Source: Mustelus asterias (taxonomy: Eukaryota). Taken from it: a DNA stretch of 64,000 nt. The stretch covers positions 140,678,001 through 140,742,000 of the forward strand of contig NC_135807.1 of NCBI RefSeq assembly GCF_964213995.1. Reading direction: 5' to 3'. The position numbers and the translations under genes were made by a program. Under the pieces are notes generated by a model. The model was not told the DNA's origin. It did not search any database and saw only the letters and a list, made by a program, of their open reading frames with translations. This document shows, piece by piece, positions 51,394-63,855 of this stretch (position 1 is its first letter; every line of letters begins with the position of its first letter).

Positions 51394-51919
51394 GTGAGTT
51401 ATGGAGGTAGAATAGAGGCTGGGACAGAACGGTGGCTGTGCATTGGAGCAGTGGAGTTATTGACTCCAGTTTCTTTACGGATTCAGGGGTGTTGAGAAGA
51501 TGATCTCAGGTATCTCGCGCTGCCAGGATTAAAACAGCCCAGCCTGTCACACCGGGAGATGTATAAAACCACAATGGTTAACAACGAGGTCTCTGCGAGA
51601 CATCCCGCGGGTCAGGGGATCTACAAGTACCGGGATAGTCCATTCTGGCACTCCAATCCTGTTTACAAGAATTCCCGATTTTCTAATTCAGAAACCTGTA
51701 ATGTTTACTGAGGGAAACAGTTAAAATCCAGTCAGATAAAATGCAACAATAATTAGTAGAAAGAGTTCTAATTCACAGATGGAGCAATACTAATAGAGAT
51801 GGTGAGAGTTTATAGAAAGTGTTAGTTCACAGAGGCAGTGCAGATTTTGAACTGTCCTGAAAATAGGTTTTCAGTTCAGCGCTGGTACCAAACAGGTGAG
51901 GTTGACATCGGGCCGCCTT

Positions 51920-51983
51920 CAGTGTCCCCTGCGGGCTTTGGAAACCTCGGCGTTGGTACGAGGTTGGTTGTCGCTTCGTGAGG
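51920..51983 (+). pseudogene. Possible J pseudogene (FGNLGVGTRLVVA, out-of-phase GTGAGG donor)
   Basis: GxGTRLxV motif and heptamer-like CAGTGTC; no good nonamer. Confidence 0.4.
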
Positions 51984-52077
51984 GGAATTCATATCCTGCT
52001 CCAATGTAGAATGAGAGGCAGCATTTTAACAAGGTTCAGAGCGACTCGTTGCTTTAATTCGTTAGGGTTTGGGGGGG

Positions 52078-52370
52078 GGGGGCGCACAATGGGTTAGCAC
52101 CGCTGCCTCACAGCGCCAGGAATCCGGTTCGATTCCCGGTTGGGTCACTGTCTGTACGTTCTCCCCGTGTCTGCGTGGGTTTCCTCCGGGTGCTCCGGTT
52201 TCCTCCCACAGTCTGAAAGACGTGCTTGTTAGTTGCATTGGCCATGCTAAATTCTCTTTCCGTGCACCCGAACAGGCACGGGAGTGTGGCGATTAGGGGC
52301 TTTCCACAGTAACATCATTGCAGTGTTATTGTGAGCCTACTTGTGACACTAATAAAAAAACATTAAACTT
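52078..52370 (+). mobile_element. tRNA-derived V-SINE in the J-C intron
   Basis: A/B boxes, V-domain-type core, same tail as 36184-36495. Confidence 0.8.
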
Positions 52371-53452
52371 TAAGAATCATAGAAATCATAGAATCATAGA
52401 ATGGCAAGCAGAAAACGGGAGTGTTTAGTGAATCCTGAAGATTAATAAGGAAATTAGTTTAGAGTTCACACAAAAATAGTTGGGATTGTGAACAATACTC
52501 CAATCAGATTTAAATGAATATGGGAGCAGTGAATTGAAATTCTCCACACCCTACAGATCGTATTCTGGAACAGGATTGGGAGCAAGAGCAAAGGGCCAAG
52601 CCGCTCAGAATTTGCCTGAATGTTTAGGTCACTGACTGAAGCATTCAGAAAGTCAAAGCTGTGGGAATGAAGTGAGAGCTAGCCCGGGATGCGGCAGGCC
52701 GGCGGGGAGATCTTGTTCCCGCTCAGGTAGCCCCAGAGAAGCGGGATCGGAACCCGGGCGGGCCTGAATTGCACTCTGATCAAAATAAGGAAATACTGAG
52801 ATTAAATTCAGGTTCCGTTCCAATATTTGAGCGCGTAGATGATTTTGTAAAGGAAGCATTTATACTTACTGGTTAATCAGGGATCATTGGATTATTATAG
52901 TTAATACATTTATTATAGTTACTGATTATTCAGTGATCATTTTTGCTTTAATTAAATGATAATCTGGCTTCAGCGGTTTCCAGCTCCTAATAAAAAACTG
53001 TCTACTTTGTATTTATGATGGTTTAGAAAGAATTTAGCCAGGGAAGCGCAAGTGTAAAAGTTAGGGAGAATTTTAAAATGATGCAATAGAGGATGAAGCC
53101 ATTCGACCCATCGACTCTGTGCTGTCTATTTGAAAGCTACCCAATTAGCCCCATGTACTGCTCATTCATTATAGCGTTGCAAATTTCTCCTGCTCAGATT
53201 AACATCCAATCACTTTTTAAATCAGCTTCTATCATCATTCAGGCAGCGCACTGCACTTCGCAAGAACCTGCTGCCGAACTCCTTTTACACACTTGTGTCC
53301 AAAGAACCATAGAATCCCTAAAGCGCAAAAAATCCTCCTGGTTCTTTTATTAATCACTTCAACTCTGTATCCCGGCATCAGTCCTTCTGCCTCCAGAAAT
53401 TATTTCCCCTTATTGACTCGACACATAATTCGTCATTTAAAATTTACCATTT

Positions 53453-53780
53453 CATAGAATCCCTACAGTGCAGAAAGAGGCCATTTGGCCCATCGAGTCT
53501 GCACCAACCACAATCCCACCCAGGCCCTAACCCCACATCTACCCGCTAATTCCTCTAACCTACGCATCGCAGGACACTAAGGGGCAATTTTAGCACGGCC
53601 AATCAACCTAACCCGCACATCTTTGGACTGTGGGAGGAAACCGGAAAACCCAAAGGAAACCCACGCAGACACGAGGAGAATGTGCAAACTCCACACAGAC
53701 AGTGACCCAAGCCGGGAATCGAACCCAGGTCCCTGGAGCTGTGTGGCAGCAGTGCTAACCACTGTGCTACCGTGCCGCCC
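53453..53780 (-). mobile_element. HE1-type SINE with a CR1/HER1-like tail
   Basis: tRNA head, core GTGTCTGCGTGGGTTTCC, tail GACTCGATGGGCCAAATGGCCTC shared with CR1 3' ends. Confidence 0.85.
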
Positions 53781-54488
53781 TTCTCATTCGTCCTACAAAA
53801 ATCAATCACTCCGCACTTCACTGTGTAAATGATGTCTATCCGTTTCACCACTCACTGCCTGTCTCCCTGGAGTCTGTTACTACTCTCCTCCCTGTTTATT
53901 ATACACGTTTTCTTATTTACTCTATTTCCCTGATGTTATTACATTTCTCCTTAATCGCCTCTGCTCGAAGGAGAAGAATCCCAACTTCTCCAGTCTCTCC
54001 GCATCATCAAAGTGCCTCAAATCCGCTGTCTGAACTCAATTCTGTGTAAACTAATCGCATCAGCGGCCAAGCGCTCACTTACCCCATCAGAACCCCTTTC
54101 CCTCTCCTCTTCCACCCTCTCCTCTTATTTCACCGTCTCTTCGCTTCCTCTTCACTCATCTCCATGTTCTCCCTGCTCTCTCTCCTACCTTCCCCTCCTC
54201 TCCCATCCCCTCTTCTCATCTCTCCTTTCACCTCTCATTTTGATCCCCTACTTTTCATATCCTTCCCTCTCCCCTCCCATCCTTTCTTTCTCTCCCGTCT
54301 TCCCTCTTTCTCCATTCCTGGCTCCCATTTGAACTTTAACAAGGAACAAACCAGAAATTCCAACAATCTCCAAATAAACCTCTCGTGGGAAAACACGGAA
54401 ATCGGATAAATATTCTGTGGCCAATTGTGTTTAAATCAGTCCTTGGCGGAGATGTTTACATAAATTCCAATTTTTTTTAACTAACCAG

Positions 54489-54797
54489 ACAGAGCTGTTC
54501 AGGGAGCAACAATCCGCCTTTTCCCACCGAATGCCCAGGAGCTGGAATCGGGCAAGGCTCTGATGGCTTGTCTCCTAACTGACTTCTACCCCGAGGTCAT
54601 TAGGGTTGAGTGGAAAATCGGGGATAAGATCGTCAGCTCGGACAAGGTAACCACGGATTCAGTGAAGGAACAGAAGGACGGGAATTACTCGGTGATCAGT
54701 CACCTGGAAATCACGGCGCAAGAATGGGACGAAAAGGATATTTCGTGTGGTGCACAACACGAAAGGAAGCCACTCGAGAAAATTATTAACAAAGCAG
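54489..54797 (+). CDS. TRGC: TCR gamma constant exon 1, Ig C1 domain (DRAVQGATIRLFPP...MACLLTDFYPEVIRVEW...ISCGAQHE...INKA)
   Basis: CAG acceptor at 54488 in phase 1 with the J donors, C1-set motifs (CL..DFYP..I.V.W; YS..S.L; C...H), GT donor at 54798. Confidence 0.95.
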
Positions 54798-55881
54798 GTA
54801 GGCTGTGAACAACCCACTGTCTCCTATCAGGCTAGAGTATCTTCCCATCAAAACAAAACATCAACATGAGGACTGAGGAATTCCTCATTTTATTTTAATT
54901 AACTTTGATTTTGACTTTTTTTGGCTTTGACCCGTTCAAAAATTTCTAATTTTTTTTTTAAACAGGATTTGTATTGAAAAGCAGCCGCGCTCAAAAGGAC
55001 ATTTAATGATAACGTTTTAATATAACTAATGGTTATGTAGGAGGTTCAAACAGTTAAAGTTCATTCGGCCCGTTTTCATGCTTCTGTCTCTAAGACCCTC
55101 TTCCTCAATCAGTTGTCGAATAATCGGAAACTGGAGAAATCCAATTGTACCGAATCCAATTTCGCGCGATTGTTCCAATTGTTGCCCCGGGACTTTGTCT
55201 CTGGCGCCAGTTAATAGACACATTTGTTGTAACTAGGACGTGTTTGGGACAATTCAGATGTAAAAACGTTCATTCATCTGAGTATTTAAATTGTAAATGT
55301 AGCTTTTATTCAAATACTACACCCGACCCGTGCTCAAATCTAGTGTCACCTGAGAGATCATCGCAAATTTGAGATTAATAACTATCAGTTGTAGAATTTT
55401 AAAAAAGATAAACTTTCGCTGGAGCGGGAAATCGTCAATGTTGGAGTTCCCACTAGTTCCTCGGGGATCCGCTCCGAACGGCGCAAACCCGAAACCATTC
55501 TTTACCACCCCGAAAGAGGAAATGCGCCCGAATATCTCTCAGAAAAAGGGTTTATACATTAAATATACACAGTGCGTCTGGTAAAGTGAGGCAAGGTAAT
55601 CACTGTTAAATTCAAAACACGCGGTACAGGGCGAAGGCCAGGGAGTGAGAATTAAAACATTTATTAAGAGAACGCGTTACAGTCAATAGTTTAACTGCAG
55701 AAAACTACCGTTTTAATATTTAAACTCCCTGTCTGAGATGCCGAGCTCCGCACACAACTTTCACCAAAAGCCATTCTGTAAATGGGCAAACTCTTTGGTT
55801 CGTCCTCTCACGCTCTCAGCTGCCTCTACATCACTCAATTTTGCGATTATTTCTAATCTGTTGTTCTTTCCTTGTCTATAG

Positions 55882-55956
55882 CTACGACTAAATCCGATCC
55901 TGTAGCTTCCACCTGTCCGCCCCAAGTTTCGGAAGTAACGGAGAGCAAAGATGAAG
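55882..55956 (+). CDS. TRGC: TCR gamma constant exon 2, connecting peptide with interchain Cys (ATTKSDPVASTCPPQVSEVTESKDE)
   Basis: Pyrimidine tract + TAG acceptor, 75 nt, phase 1 at both ends, GTAATT donor, single Cys. Confidence 0.85.
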
Positions 55957-56934
55957 GTAATTTCTCAATATGTTCCTGCGTTTACACAACTGGTCTGACG
56001 GACTGGGGCAGGGTTCAAATGTTAAAGCAATTACATCAGAGAATGAATCTGGTGAGCCCTGGCCAACGTCAGAAGAATGTGCAGGAAAAGTGCCATTGTT
56101 AGGGAACCTCAACTGGTCCAAAACGCCGGCAGGAAAGGAAACCACCTCTCCCGCAGTTAGGATTCTCCGGCCCCGCTGCAGTGAACAGAGGTTTGGCTGA
56201 GCGCCAAATTTTCCGTTCTCGCTGGCAGCAGCGACGCGGCTTGAAGAGCTGCAGAATGACGGCCCTCGTCCTTAGCCAGATTCCCTCTCATGCCAACTCC
56301 AGTCCACTCAAACTGGTTCTTGCTTAGCTAGATTCATTTAGGAAAAATAAACCAAATGAGAAAAGAGATCCATTGAAAAAGCCGATTTTATGGGGATGAG
56401 AATCGAGCTCAGAAAAACTGGAAAAATGCTGACAGATAGAAGAGCAGGTGGAGAACGTTGGAGAACAGTGTGAACGAGAAACTGAACTACCTTAACCAGG
56501 AGAAATATATCCAACCAAAAAACAAACATCAGAAGTCGATAATATCAGCTATAGAGAATAAAAGAGTAAAATTAAAACTAAAGAAAATGTATTCACTAAG
56601 AATGCAAAGAAGGAGAGGATGACAAAATAAAATACAATAAAAATCGGAAATAGATAACAACAAATAAATTAACATGGATAGTAAAATAAATAGTGAGGAT
56701 TTCTGCAGTCACATAAATAATAAAGCAAATGATCAGGAAAGGGACAGGAGCACTCAGGGAAAAACTCATAGAAAGTCACATACACCAGAATTGAGGAAAT
56801 ATTGAATTTGACTTTATCTCCGTATTTACCAGGGAGACTAACCACAGTGGACATGACATTGAAAGAAGAGATTTTTAAAAACTCAAATAGAAAAGGGAAG
56901 ATAATTGCTAAGCTAATCAAACTTAGAGAGAAAG

Positions 56935-57455
56935 TTTAAAGCCTGTCCACCATCTATACAACACAAGTCACGACTGTAATGGAATACTCTCCACTTGTCT
57001 GGATGAGTGCAGCTCCAACAAAGTTAAAGAAGTTTGACACTATCTAGGACATAGCAGGCCCACTTGATTGCTACCCCTTCCATAAACATTCACTCCCTCC
57101 ACCACTGACTAACAGTGGTAGCAGTGTGTACCATCTACAAGATACTGCCAGAACTTTCAAACCCACAACCCGTTACCATCTAGAAGGACAAGGGCAGAAG
57201 ATACCTGGGAACACCACCACCTGGAAGTGCTCCTCCAAATAACTTACTATTCTGACTTACAAATATGTCACCATTCCTTCACTGTGGCTGGGTCAAAATC
57301 CTGGTACTCCCTCCTTAACAGCACTATGGGAGCACACCACATGGACTGCAGCTGTTCAAGAAGGCAGCTCACCACCACTTTCTCAAGGGCAATTAGGGAT
57401 GGGCAATAAATGCTGGCCTACCCAGTGAAACCCACATCCTGTGAATGAATTAAAA
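56935..57455 (+). mobile_element. L2-clade LINE 3' fragment in the C intron
   Basis: Homologous to the 49310-49930 reverse strand; tail GGATGGGCAATAAATGCTGGCC...GTGAATGAAT. Confidence 0.7.
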
Positions 57456-57814
57456 AAAGAACAAACTCTGAAATTCCCTGCTGAAATCTCTCTACCTCAT
57501 TATGTCCCTCTGCTCCTCTAAAACCTATTCATTTTTCAAAGCTTTTGGTCATCTCCTAACGCTACTTCATGGGATTCGGTGTCAGATTTTGTTTTTTTAA
57601 GAGTTGTGATAAGGTGAAGTGCCTTGGGACAGTTTAGTACATTAAAAGGAATATAAACATGCAAGTTGTTGTTGTATAAGATCCCTTATCTGGCTGGATT
57701 GCATTCAGGTATTTTGTTATAAATAAGGCAGAGTTAGCAAAGGCACTATTGCACACATTTGAAACAATCATTAACAAAGGGAATAGAGAAACAAGGCAAG
57801 TAGATTCTATATTA

Positions 57815-58535
57815 GGGTGACACGATGGCCCAATCATTAGCACTGCTGCCTCACAGCGCCAGGAACCCAGGTTCAATTCTGGCCTCAGATCATTGTCTAT
57901 GTGGAGATTGTACGTTCTCCCCATGTCTGCGTGTTCCTCCCACACTCCAAAGATGTGCGGGTTAGGTTGATTGGCTATGCTAAATTGACCCTAGTGTCAG
58001 GGGATTAGTAGGGTAAATATGTGGGGTTGCAGGAATATGGTCTGGGCGGGATTGCGGTAAGTGCAGACTCGATGGGCCGAATGGCCTCCTTCTGCACTGT
58101 GGGGATTCTATGAACAAAGAACAATACAGCACAGGAACAGGCCCTTCGGCCCTCCAAGCCTGCACCGATCATGTGTTCCTAACTAGACCATCTGTTTGTA
58201 TCCCTCTATTCCCAGTGTGTTCATGTGGCTATCTAGCTAAGTCTTAAATGATCCTAGCATGTCTGCCTCAACCACCTTGCTTGGCAGTGCATTCCAAGCC
58301 CTCACCACCCTCTGTGTAAAATACGTCCCCTGCATATCTGTATTGAACCTTGCCCCCCTTACCTTGAACTTGTGACCCCTTGTGTTTGTCATTTCTGACC
58401 TGGGAAAAAGCTTCCAACTGTTCACCCTATCTATGCCCCTCATAATTTTATAAACTTCTATTAGGTCGCCCCTCAACCTCCGTCTTTCCAGGGTGAACAA
58501 CCCTAGTTTACTCAATCTCACCTCATGGCTAATAC
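57815..58535. mobile_element. HE1-type SINE (+, 57815-58112) tail-to-tail with a CR1 3' fragment (-, 58113-58535)
   Basis: SINE head, core and tail; ORF 58237-58521 is CR1 ORF2 C-terminus. Confidence 0.8.
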
Positions 58536-59451
58536 AATAATACTATGATTCTATGATAACTAAAAAAGGGAGCTTGAACATGTCTTGGGACTATAGACCA
58601 ATAAGTTTAATGTTTGTGATAGGAAAATAATGAAAATGTGAAAACATAGAAAATGTACAGTCCATTGTATTTGTCGCAACATTATTCCACTTCCCGGTTC
58701 TTGGATCATAGCTCTGTTAGTTACAGCACTTCAAATGCATATTCAAACATTGTGAATGGAAAATATCCCGATTTCTAAAAGGAAGGTTGTGAGTAAAAAC
58801 GTTATTGAATTATTTGAGAAAGTAGTTGAATGCTGAGAAAAGGGCAATAAAGTGGCTGGATTTTCAAAAGATTTTCAGAGAGGCATTGCAGAGTAGATTC
58901 ACCAACACCTGGAATCAGGACTAAGTAGGTGAGTGGATAGCCAACTAACTACAAAGAGGAAGGGAAGCAATGAATAGGAGGTTAAAGGCAGTTACATAAA
59001 TTGGCAAAATGGTGGAAAATGTTCAGCAAGGGTTGTTCTAGGGTTATTGCTGTTCAGTATTTATATTAATGATTTGTGCTCAGCTATTGGAACAGCAATT
59101 TCAACATTTTCCAATAACAAATTGATGGGGGTGGGGGCTGGGTAGAGTGAAGGTGTTGTTTGGTTAATACATAAAATAATTGTGATAAATTACAGGAAGA
59201 CATTGAGAAACGTGCAGAATGAGCATGTGTTTGGAAAATCAACGTTCATTTAGATAATTGTGAGGCAGTACATTTTAGTAAGGAGAATAAGAAGATCACA
59301 TAATCCTTGTGAAAGATTTGTGTAAGAGGGGTAGAGGAATATAGTGACCTAGAGTACAGATGTCCAAATCACTAAATATAGCAATGTGGGTTTATTAACC
59401 AGCAAAGCACCGGTCTTCTTTTCTGGAAGGATATAATTGAATGGAAGGGAA

Positions 59452-59521
59452 GTTAATGTTTGGGCTGGTGTTAATGTTTGGGCTGGTGTTAATGTTTGGG
59501 CTGGTGTTAATATTTGGGCTG
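59452..59521. repeat. 18-bp tandem repeat (GTTAATGTTTGGGCTGGT) x about 4
   Basis: Read directly. Confidence 0.85.
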
Positions 59522-59934
59522 CCTCCCAATAAAACCGATCTTTCTTTTTACGAGTGAAAATTAGCTGCTATACAACCCCGTAGTTTTTATCGTATTGCTT
59601 TCATCCGATCTTATTCCCTGACTTGAAGCAACTAGAAAAAATTGGAAAAGAATTGTAAAGCCACCGGAAGTAGTTAGTCGCCAGGATTTAAAACAATGAA
59701 ATGCTTAATACCTGGGAATTAACTGTTAGTCCATTTTAACTATGGTCTTACTGACAATCTGCTGCTAAATAATTACAAACAGTGGATTGTTACCATAGCT
59801 ACTACAGGAACTCTTCCAGGTTCATGCTTTGCATTTTACTTTTCCCAAGCAGCACATCTCCCATTATTTACAAGTGATGACTCACATTAATGAACTAGAA
59901 ATTGACATGTTTTTCCTTTCTTCAATTCTGTTAG

Positions 59935-60068
59935 GACCGCCATTGAATTCGCTGCAGGTTGCGACCTTTACATACACACTGCTGCTGGCGAAGAGTGTGC
60001 TCTATTGCGGGATTATCTCCTTCATTTTTCACAAGGTTGGGTTCCGTGACTTGAAGAAGCCACTTTAA
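59935..60068 (+). CDS. TRGC: TCR gamma constant exon 3, transmembrane + cytoplasmic tail (GPPLNSLQVATFTYTLLLAKSVLYCGIISFIFHKVGFRDLKKPL*)
   Basis: TTAG acceptor in phase 1. Y-x-LLL-x-KS-x-x-Y antigen-receptor TM motif with the single Lys of gamma/beta chains. Stop codon in the same exon. Confidence 0.93.
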
Positions 60069-60298
60069 CTGACATCAATCGACCTCTGTTTAAGATTTCG
60101 ATTAAAAGATCAGTATTTTGTGCAAATGTTTGCTCCGCTTGTCTGTTTACGCAGACTAATTTTGTAGAAGGACCTTAGTTGATTTTTAAGTGGATTTGTT
60201 ACTGTCCATTCCAATGCCGCATTTTGTGAATAATTTGCTACAGATAAATTGTTACATTCTCTTGTAATTTTACATTAGAATTCTGCAAAATTGAAAAT

Positions 60299-60304
60299 AA
60301 TAAA
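60299..60304 (+). terminator. Probable polyadenylation signal AATAAA of TRGC
   Basis: About 230 nt after the stop, followed by a T/GT-rich downstream tract. Confidence 0.65.
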
Positions 60305-61495
60305 ACATCTTTCAAACTCATTTCATTTTGTTTTGCTTTGCTTAGTGACCGCGGATTAATGTCAAAGACAAGTCCCTAAATAGCTTTACTTCACTCCTGT
60401 GAGGACTCAATTCAAATTAGCTAAAATGGAATATTATTATAACACACAGAAGATGTATCTGATTTGGATACTGTGGTGTAGCCTCATATTACCGACCGAA
60501 ACCTGGATTAATAATTCAGGAAAATCTAGTTTGAAACAACAATTGGCAAATAAATCAGTAAAAGTGGCCTTGATACAGCTTGGGGATTATTGTACAAACT
60601 CAGTTCACTCATGTCTTTGCGGAAGGAGATTTACCGCTCTCTATTGCGGCTGTAACATCGCTTCGGTTCAGTGCTGCTGGCCCTGTGAATAAAGGACCAC
60701 ATTTTCCGTCACATTTGTCGCAATTAAAACTTCAACATTTATTCCGCATTTAGTCGCGGAATAACTCTATTACATAAGTTATTTAATTCGCATCAACAAT
60801 TCTGTAAAAATCATCAATATAATGTTTGCTATTTTGGGGGAGTTTTTCTTGTGATGGTGGTTTTATAGATTAAAGAAAATACTTCACTTTAACCGGGTTT
60901 CATTTCGCCCATTTGTTTATTAATAAATCCAATCATTCCTGTTTACATTCCAATTAATATCAATCTGTATTTCGAGAAAGGGAAATGTCTATATGTGACT
61001 CCAGTCCCGCACCAAATTGAGTGATTCTTAACGGCCCTCTGAAGAAGGGAATCAACGCAGTATTAGGAATATCCACCACCTCCTCGGGGCAATAGGGATT
61101 GGCTACAAATGCGGGCCTTCGCGCCCAATTATATCAGTCGAGTGGTGCATTGGGATCTTTTCCATCCACCAGGAAGGCGATCAAGGGCCCTGTTTAAAAT
61201 ACCATCCCAAAGAAGGTTCCTCAGTTTTGACAAAGGGTCATCTGGACTCGAAACGTCAGCTCTTTTCTCTCCTTATAAGATGCTGCCAGACCTGCTGAGA
61301 TTTTCCAGCATTTTCTCTTTTGGTCCCAAAGGAGATATCGCCGACAGTGCTGCACTCCCTCAGTATTGCAATGCAGTGTCAGTCTGATTTAGAGCTTGGG
61401 GCACTGAGCAAATTTGACTCTCATTAAGATATCAGGATCATTAGTTCCCAATGCAGGAATGTTTTGAATGACTGAGAGCTCTGGATCTTTCCTTC

Positions 61496-61711
61496 GCTTT
61501 CGGAGCGCTGCTCCTTCATCAGGTGAGTGGGATTTCAGTTCACAAACAGAGCACAAAGACACAAACTCAATTTACAAATCCCACTCACCTGATGAAGGAG
61601 CAGCGCTCCGAAAGCTAATGGCTTGTGCTACCAAATAAACCTGTTGGACTTTAATCTGGCGTTGTGAGACGTCTTACTGTGTTTACCCCAATCCAACGCC
61701 GCATCTCCACA
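61496..61711. mobile_element. Miniature Penelope-derived insert: 40-bp inverted arms each containing a hammerhead-like core; 13-bp flanking duplication
   Basis: 61496-61535 is the reverse complement of 61576-61615. ATCTTTCCTTCGC at 61485-61497 and 61711-61723. Confidence 0.8.
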
Positions 61712-63194
61712 TCTTTCCTTCGCCCAGGGTTGAGGTACAGATTCGAAATAAAATTGTTGTCAAGATTCAAAAACACTGACAGTGTTAATCAATCCTGAAT
61801 CCAGAATCTTTTATTTAAGTTGATTTCTGCGAAGTTTCTTGGACCTAATAATTACCATACTCCTGTCCCAGCACCAATTACTCCGAATACCTTCCGCGAT
61901 TCCTGTCAGCTCGGGAGACGGAGTTGCTGGACTGTGAAATATTTAAAGCAAATTACACATCATTCATTTGGAGAAACATTCCTTTGTTTATCGAGCGTGG
62001 ATTTTTTTTTTGCTTTTCTTTCCGTTCCTAATCATCTCGGTGTTTCAATAAGACACATTTAAATCAGTAAGTTAATGTCTAGAGCATTCCGTTTCATTGA
62101 AATTTTGGCTGTTGTTATTTTAAACTTTAAACGCACCAGGCAGGTTAATAATTAACAATTTGTGTTAGTAGGTTAAGGTCGCGGACTCGAGTAAAATGGG
62201 TTTGTATCTAAACTCGGCTGTTTATTATTCAGCCCGGTGCTCCTATTGTGATCTGTTTATGGACACTTAGCAAAAATCCTCGTTATTTTGCGGCAATTCT
62301 GACCAATTGGTTCAAACAAAAGGGAGGGAGATATTAGCCGAGTGAAACTTAGACAAATGAGAAAACTGATCATTTCCGGCGACATTTTCTTTCAGGGATT
62401 CTCTACTTTTCTGTTTTTTGCGCTTAAAAATTTTCCTCAGAAATATTAGAATATCTTCCATAAATCTACCGGAAAAGTTTGGAGATAAGATTAAATTCAT
62501 TATTTAACACGAATTTGGAACGCGCTGCCTGTGAGCGGTGGCGAATTCAAGAGGGAATTGGATTATTTTCTGAGAAGGGAGAATGTGCAGGGTTACAGGG
62601 AGAAGCCAGGGAATTGCTCCTTCAGGAGAGGCAGCACAGACAGGAGCGGCCGAACGGTCTCCTCTGTGCTGCAGCCATTCTATGAAGCACAGCATATTCG
62701 ATGAAGTCACTGGTTCCGTTTCGGTATTTAACATCGCCGCAAGTTTTTAAATAAAGTCCATGATTAACTCAGCTGGCTCTGAAATGGAGATAATTTTAAT
62801 TTAACTCTGAGATCAGTCCAATGTAACCGCCACTGATTCCAGCGTTTAAAAGACAGGCAAGGTTAACTGTCTGTAACGCCGATGTGAGACCATTGATCGG
62901 ATAAACTCAATGGAAATGCGTCAAACCTTTGACTTTTCAGAGCTCCTCATCCCGGGTTCCTCCTGAATGGCGCTTTGTGATTAAAAACAAATCCATGACA
63001 AGATTTTTTAAAAATCACAAATAACAGAAATAGTCTGGAAACGTTGTTGCAGTCCAGACCTTCCAGGTCCAAGCTTCTCCCCAGCCTCATTCCTGCCAAC
63101 TGATCTGAAAGTCTGATTAGTTCAAACCACAGAAAGATAAAATCCTTCGCCACAAAACCCCGCAACAACCAACGGGAACGTGAGTGAGGACGAG

Positions 63195-63855
63195 GGTGTT
63201 GAGAGGCTTCAAGATGATTCAGACAAGATGAGTGAGTGGGCAAATACACGGCAAATGCAGTAGAACGCGGATAAGTGTGAAGTTGGATGGAGAAACAGAA
63301 TGGTAGAGGATTATTTAAATTGTGATAGATTGGGAAATGTTGTCAAATGAAGGTGTCCTTGTACATCAGTCACTGAAATCAAGCATGCAAGGGTGTCTTA
63401 CAGCAGCTGTACAGGGCCTTGGTGAGACCACACCATCGTATTGTGCGCAGTTTTGGTCTCCTTATCAAAGAAAAGATATACTTGCCATAGAGTGAGTGCA
63501 GCAAAGGTTCACCAGACTAATTCCTGGGATGGCAGGATTGTCACGAGGATAGATTGGGTCGACTAGGCTTGTAGTCACTGGAATTTAGAAGAATTAAAGG
63601 GGATCTAGTTGAAACCCATACATTCTGACAGGGCTGGATAGATTGGATGCAGTGATGTTGTTTCCTCTGCTAGGAGAGGGAGGGTCTTGAACAAGGGGTC
63701 ACAGTCTCAGGCTATGGGGTAGACCATTTAGAATGGAGATCAGGAGAAATTCTTTCACTCAGGGTGGTGAACCTATGGAATTCTCTACCACAGAAAGCTG
63801 TGGAAGCCAAGAACTGAATGACCTACTGCTGGTCTGAGTTTCTATATTGCTATGA
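63195..63855 (+). mobile_element. Old decayed CR1 3' fragment
   Basis: Recognisable LVRPH/YCAQFWSP-type coding remnants with many disruptions. Confidence 0.7.

Noticed and set aside
54489-54797. Ig light-chain or TCR beta identity for the C domain
   Set aside because: The hinge and TM exons exclude IgL. No D segment, TRG-type V/J motifs and a stop within the TM exon favour gamma over beta.
52078-57900. tRNA-like A/B box sequences as tRNA genes
   Set aside because: They are the heads of SINEs and continue into SINE core and tail sequence
61825-62710. Cluster of TTCnnnGAA (STAT5-like) motifs
   Set aside because: Several fall inside a decayed CR1 3' end (about 62500-62685), and the motif is common in AT-rich DNA
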